From positions 17,449 through 81,448 of the forward strand of contig CAYNNG010000002.1 of NCBI GenBank assembly GCA_964398655.1: 64,000 bases of DNA, written 5' to 3'. The position numbers and the translations under genes were made by a program. Below the pieces are notes generated by a model, which worked only from the letters and a program-made list of their open reading frames with translations, had not been told where the DNA came from and ran no database searches. Source of the stretch: an uncultured Oscillospiraceae bacterium (GTDB taxonomy: Bacteria; Bacillota; Clostridia; Saccharofermentanales; DTU023). Shown one piece after another: positions 61,676-64,000 of this stretch. Positions within the stretch are counted from its first letter, which is position 1; each line of letters starts with the position of its first letter.

Positions 61676-62617
61676 CTATAGTTTAAGAAAATTGTAGCGG
61701 TCTAAGACCGCCTGCATATCTGAGGGGACCGGGTCGTCTAAGACGATCCGGTCTTCTGTATAGGGGAGAGGAAATTCCAAATGGTAAGCATGCAGGGCCT
61801 GTCTGCCGAGCTCCAAGTCCAAATCCTGGTTTAGCCCATACATGGAATCTCCCAGAAGAGGGTGGCCAAGGTAGTGGGTGTGAACCCTTATTTGGTGAGT
61901 CCGGCCCGTATAGAGCTGGAATTCAACCAGGCTGAGAGAGGGTTCCGCAGCGTAGGACAAGACCCTGTAGCCGGTTTGAGCTGGTTTGCCGTCAATATTC
62001 ACTTCACGCTCCATAATGCTGTCTTGAGCACGGGCGATAGGAGCATCAATAATTCCCTCTGGTTTAGAGAACTGGCCATGACAAATCCCCAGATATTTTT
62101 TGACCAGCTTACTTTGGCTGAGCCGGTAATGGGTATAGGCATTGAGGGCGATAATCACGAGTCCTGTGGTATCCCGGTCTAAACGCTGGACGGGATGGAG
62201 GGCTTGATCTGAAATTAAGCCACAGAGGTCTACCAGCTGAGAATTTAAAGATTTATGCACGACTTGACCAGCCTTTTTGGACATTACTACGAGGTCAGCA
62301 TTTTGGAAGACCGGCTGTTGCTCAGCAGGGAAGTGGAGGACAGGAGCTTGGACCTTGAGATCGGCAAGGGCAAGAATATGGTCCCCCTCCTTAACGGGGT
62401 ACCATAACATGGCCTCTTCCTGGTTTAAATAAGTTTTACCTTCCCAACGCAAACGCTTGAGCATGCGGCGGGAAATTTGAAATTCCTCACGTAAGACGTC
62501 CCGTATAGATTGGCCGGCATATTTTTCCTCTACGGTGTAAGCAAATTTTTGCAAATTTTTCTCTCCTAAGTCCCTTATTCTGCCAGTTTTCCGGCAGATT
62601 GCTTTAATTGACATCAA
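61676..62617 (-). CDS. RluA/RluD-family pseudouridine synthase with an N-terminal S4-like domain
   Basis: The motifs are HPVQRLDRDTTGLVIIA (catalytic Asp), GRTHQIRVH and ALHAYHLEF. Confidence 0.88.
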   Translation of the reverse strand: MMSIKAICRKTGRIRDLGEKNLQKFAYTVEEKYAGQSIRDVLREEFQISRRMLKRLRWEGKTYLNQEEAMLWYPVKEGDHILALADLKVQAPVLHFPAEQQPVFQNADLVVMSKKAGQVVHKSLNSQLVDLCGLISDQALHPVQRLDRDTTGLVIIALNAYTHYRLSQSKLVKKYLGICHGQFSKPEGIIDAPIARAQDSIMEREVNIDGKPAQTGYRVLSYAAEPSLSLVEFQLYTGRTHQIRVHTHYLGHPLLGDSMYGLNQDLDLELGRQALHAYHLEFPLPYTEDRIVLDDPVPSDMQAVLDRYNFLKL

Positions 62618-62685
62618 CTAACAAGCACCATACAATATTAAGCGTACAAATCGTTCCTGTGCAACTTGAAAATTTAATATAGGAG

Positions 62686-64000
62686 GTGATTGCCATAGAG
62701 TGGCTATTTTTAATATTAGGCCTCGGTTTAGGGGCCGTTCTTGCATTTGTGATAACCCTTTCCTATCACAGGAAGGGCTTAGATAAACTAAGTCAAAAGC
62801 TAGAAGAAGACCGCTTGAGGGTAAAAGCTGAGTCTGAAAAGATGGTTGCTGACGCAGAAAAATCTGCGGAAAACCGTAAACGCGAACTGCTTATTCAAGC
62901 CAAAGAAGAGCTGCAACAAGCCAAATTGGACCTAGAGAGCGATGTCCGTGATAAGCGCCACGAACTCAAGAACGAAGAGAGCCGACTTCAACAGAAGCAG
63001 GATCAGTTGAATAAAAAACTGAAGGAAGCTGAACATAAAAACAAAGATGCGGATAACCGCTTGCGGTCCGCGACTGAGCGAGAAGCACGCCTAGCCAATG
63101 CTGAAGAGGAAAAACGTTTAGAGTTAGAGCGTATTGCGGAACTGACCACTCAAGAAGCCAAGGATATTATCATGACCAACACGGAGGAAAGCCTGAGGCA
63201 TGATATGGCTGTAATGCTGAGAAGGATGGAAGAAGATGCTAATGAGACGGCGGACTTAAAAGCCAAGGAGATCATTGTTTCTTCTATACAGCGCTATGCT
63301 TCTGACTATGTTGGCGATGCAACTGTATCTGTAGTATCACTGCCCAATGAAGAGATGAAAGGTCGCATTATTGGGCGCGAGGGTAGAAATATCCGCACGA
63401 TTGAAAGCTTAACGGGGGTAGATTTAATTATTGATGATACCCCTGAAGCGGTAATCCTCTCCAGTTTTGACCCTATCCGCCGGGAGATAGCCCGTATAGC
63501 TATTGAAAAATTAGTCTATGACGGTCGTATCCACCCCGCACGGATTGAGGAAATGGTGGAAAAAGCTAGTAAAGAAATTGACCAATCCATCAAAGAGGCA
63601 GGCGAACAAGCTGTGTTTGAGACAGGCGTAGTTGGTCTGCATCCGGAGATTGTCCGTTTGCTAGGACGCATGAAATACCGCACCAGCTATGGGCAGAATG
63701 TTCTGCGTCACTCCATTGAAGTGTGCCATCTCTCTGGGGCTATGGCCGCGGAGCTAGGGCTTGATGTCAGTCTCGCGAAACGCGCGGGCCTCCTGCATGA
63801 CCTAGGCAAGGCTGTAGACTTTGAAATGGAAGGATCTCACATTGAAATTGGTGCCGATATGGCGCGCAAATATCACGAAAATGAAGTAGTGATAAACGCA
63901 ATCGAATCACATCATGGTGATGTGGAAGTCAATAACTTTATTTCCAGTCTGGTATGTGCGGCAGATGCTATATCTGCAGCTCGTCCGGGGGCCCGCCATG
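62686..64000 (+). CDS. rny: Ribonuclease Y, 5' portion; it continues beyond the window, and the start codon is uncertain
   Basis: The N-terminal TM helix is [18 protein letters not shown], followed by a long coiled coil. The KH domain is [15 protein letters not shown] and the HD domain is [14 protein letters not shown]...GLLHDLGKA. The frame is open to position 64000. The ORF is absent from the supplied track because no stop lies within the window. Confidence 0.9.
   Translation, partial: MIAIEWLFLILGLGLGAVLAFVITLSYHRKGLDKLSQKLEEDRLRVKAESEKMVADAEKSAENRKRELLIQAKEELQQAKLDLESDVRDKRHELKNEESRLQQKQDQLNKKLKEAEHKNKDADNRLRSATEREARLANAEEEKRLELERIAELTTQEAKDIIMTNTEESLRHDMAVMLRRMEEDANETADLKAKEIIVSSIQRYASDYVGDATVSVVSLPNEEMKGRIIGREGRNIRTIESLTGVDLIIDDTPEAVILSSFDPIRREIARIAIEKLVYDGRIHPARIEEMVEKASKEIDQSIKEAGEQAVFETGVVGLHPEIVRLLGRMKYRTSYGQNVLRHSIEVCHLSGAMAAELGLDVSLAKRAGLLHDLGKAVDFEMEGSHIEIGADMARKYHENEVVINAIESHHGDVEVNNFISSLVCAADAISAARPGARH

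Noticed and set aside
1-64000. CRISPR arrays, transposases, integrases, phage structural genes, restriction-modification or other known defence genes, and rRNA operons
   Set aside because: I scanned the ORF translations and intergenic regions and saw none. The only repeats found are the short arrays at 12.37-12.56 kb and the intragenic low-complexity repeats.

Overview
This 64-kb window looks like a chromosomal segment of a Bacillota (Firmicutes)-type genome. GC content appears moderate but was not computed. Most genes lie on the + strand. I call about 65 protein genes, tmRNA, six tRNAs that all encode their CCA ends, and several promoters and terminators.

The content is overwhelmingly core housekeeping and follows known Bacillus/Clostridia synteny blocks:
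- yabE-like, rsmA, zapA, dut
- tsaD, smpB, ssrA
- ppx-ppk
- argS and an rsmF-like methyltransferase
- rdgB, prfB
- nadD-yqeK (fused), rsfS, comEA
- thyA-folA-ogt
- two L,D-transpeptidases, then a PPi-type PFK
- a type IIA topoisomerase pair
- yqeG, efp, asp23-amaP-DUF2273, nusB, xseAB, dxs, nadK, argR, recN
- a histidine-utilisation cluster (hutH, formimidoyltransferase, hutI, cyclodeaminase)
- rluD-like and rny

I found no transposase, integrase, CRISPR array, prophage genes or recognisable defence genes. I therefore cannot claim a clear-cut novel multi-gene system.

The least explained locus lies directly downstream of ssrA (12.3-13.5 kb). It holds a promoter-driven array of 31-bp-spaced iteron-like repeats and a second tandem repeat. 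After these come a textbook MerR-type 19-bp-spacer promoter, a MerR regulator and an overlapping unknown small gene.

Other points worth a second look:
- Several membrane-anchored proteins resemble catalytically degenerate paralogues: a pseudo-PP2C with an SH3b domain, an M3-peptidase-like protein without HExxH, and a NodB-like protein.
- There is an orphan PP2C with TGxY repeats and a dUTPase with an insertion of about 60 aa.
- There is an ACT-less aspartokinase and an Ogt with a long N-terminal extension.
- A sortase carries a 150-aa proline-rich cytoplasmic tail.
- DnaA boxes lie downstream of tsaD.

All functional calls rest on motif recognition by eye. No database search was run.
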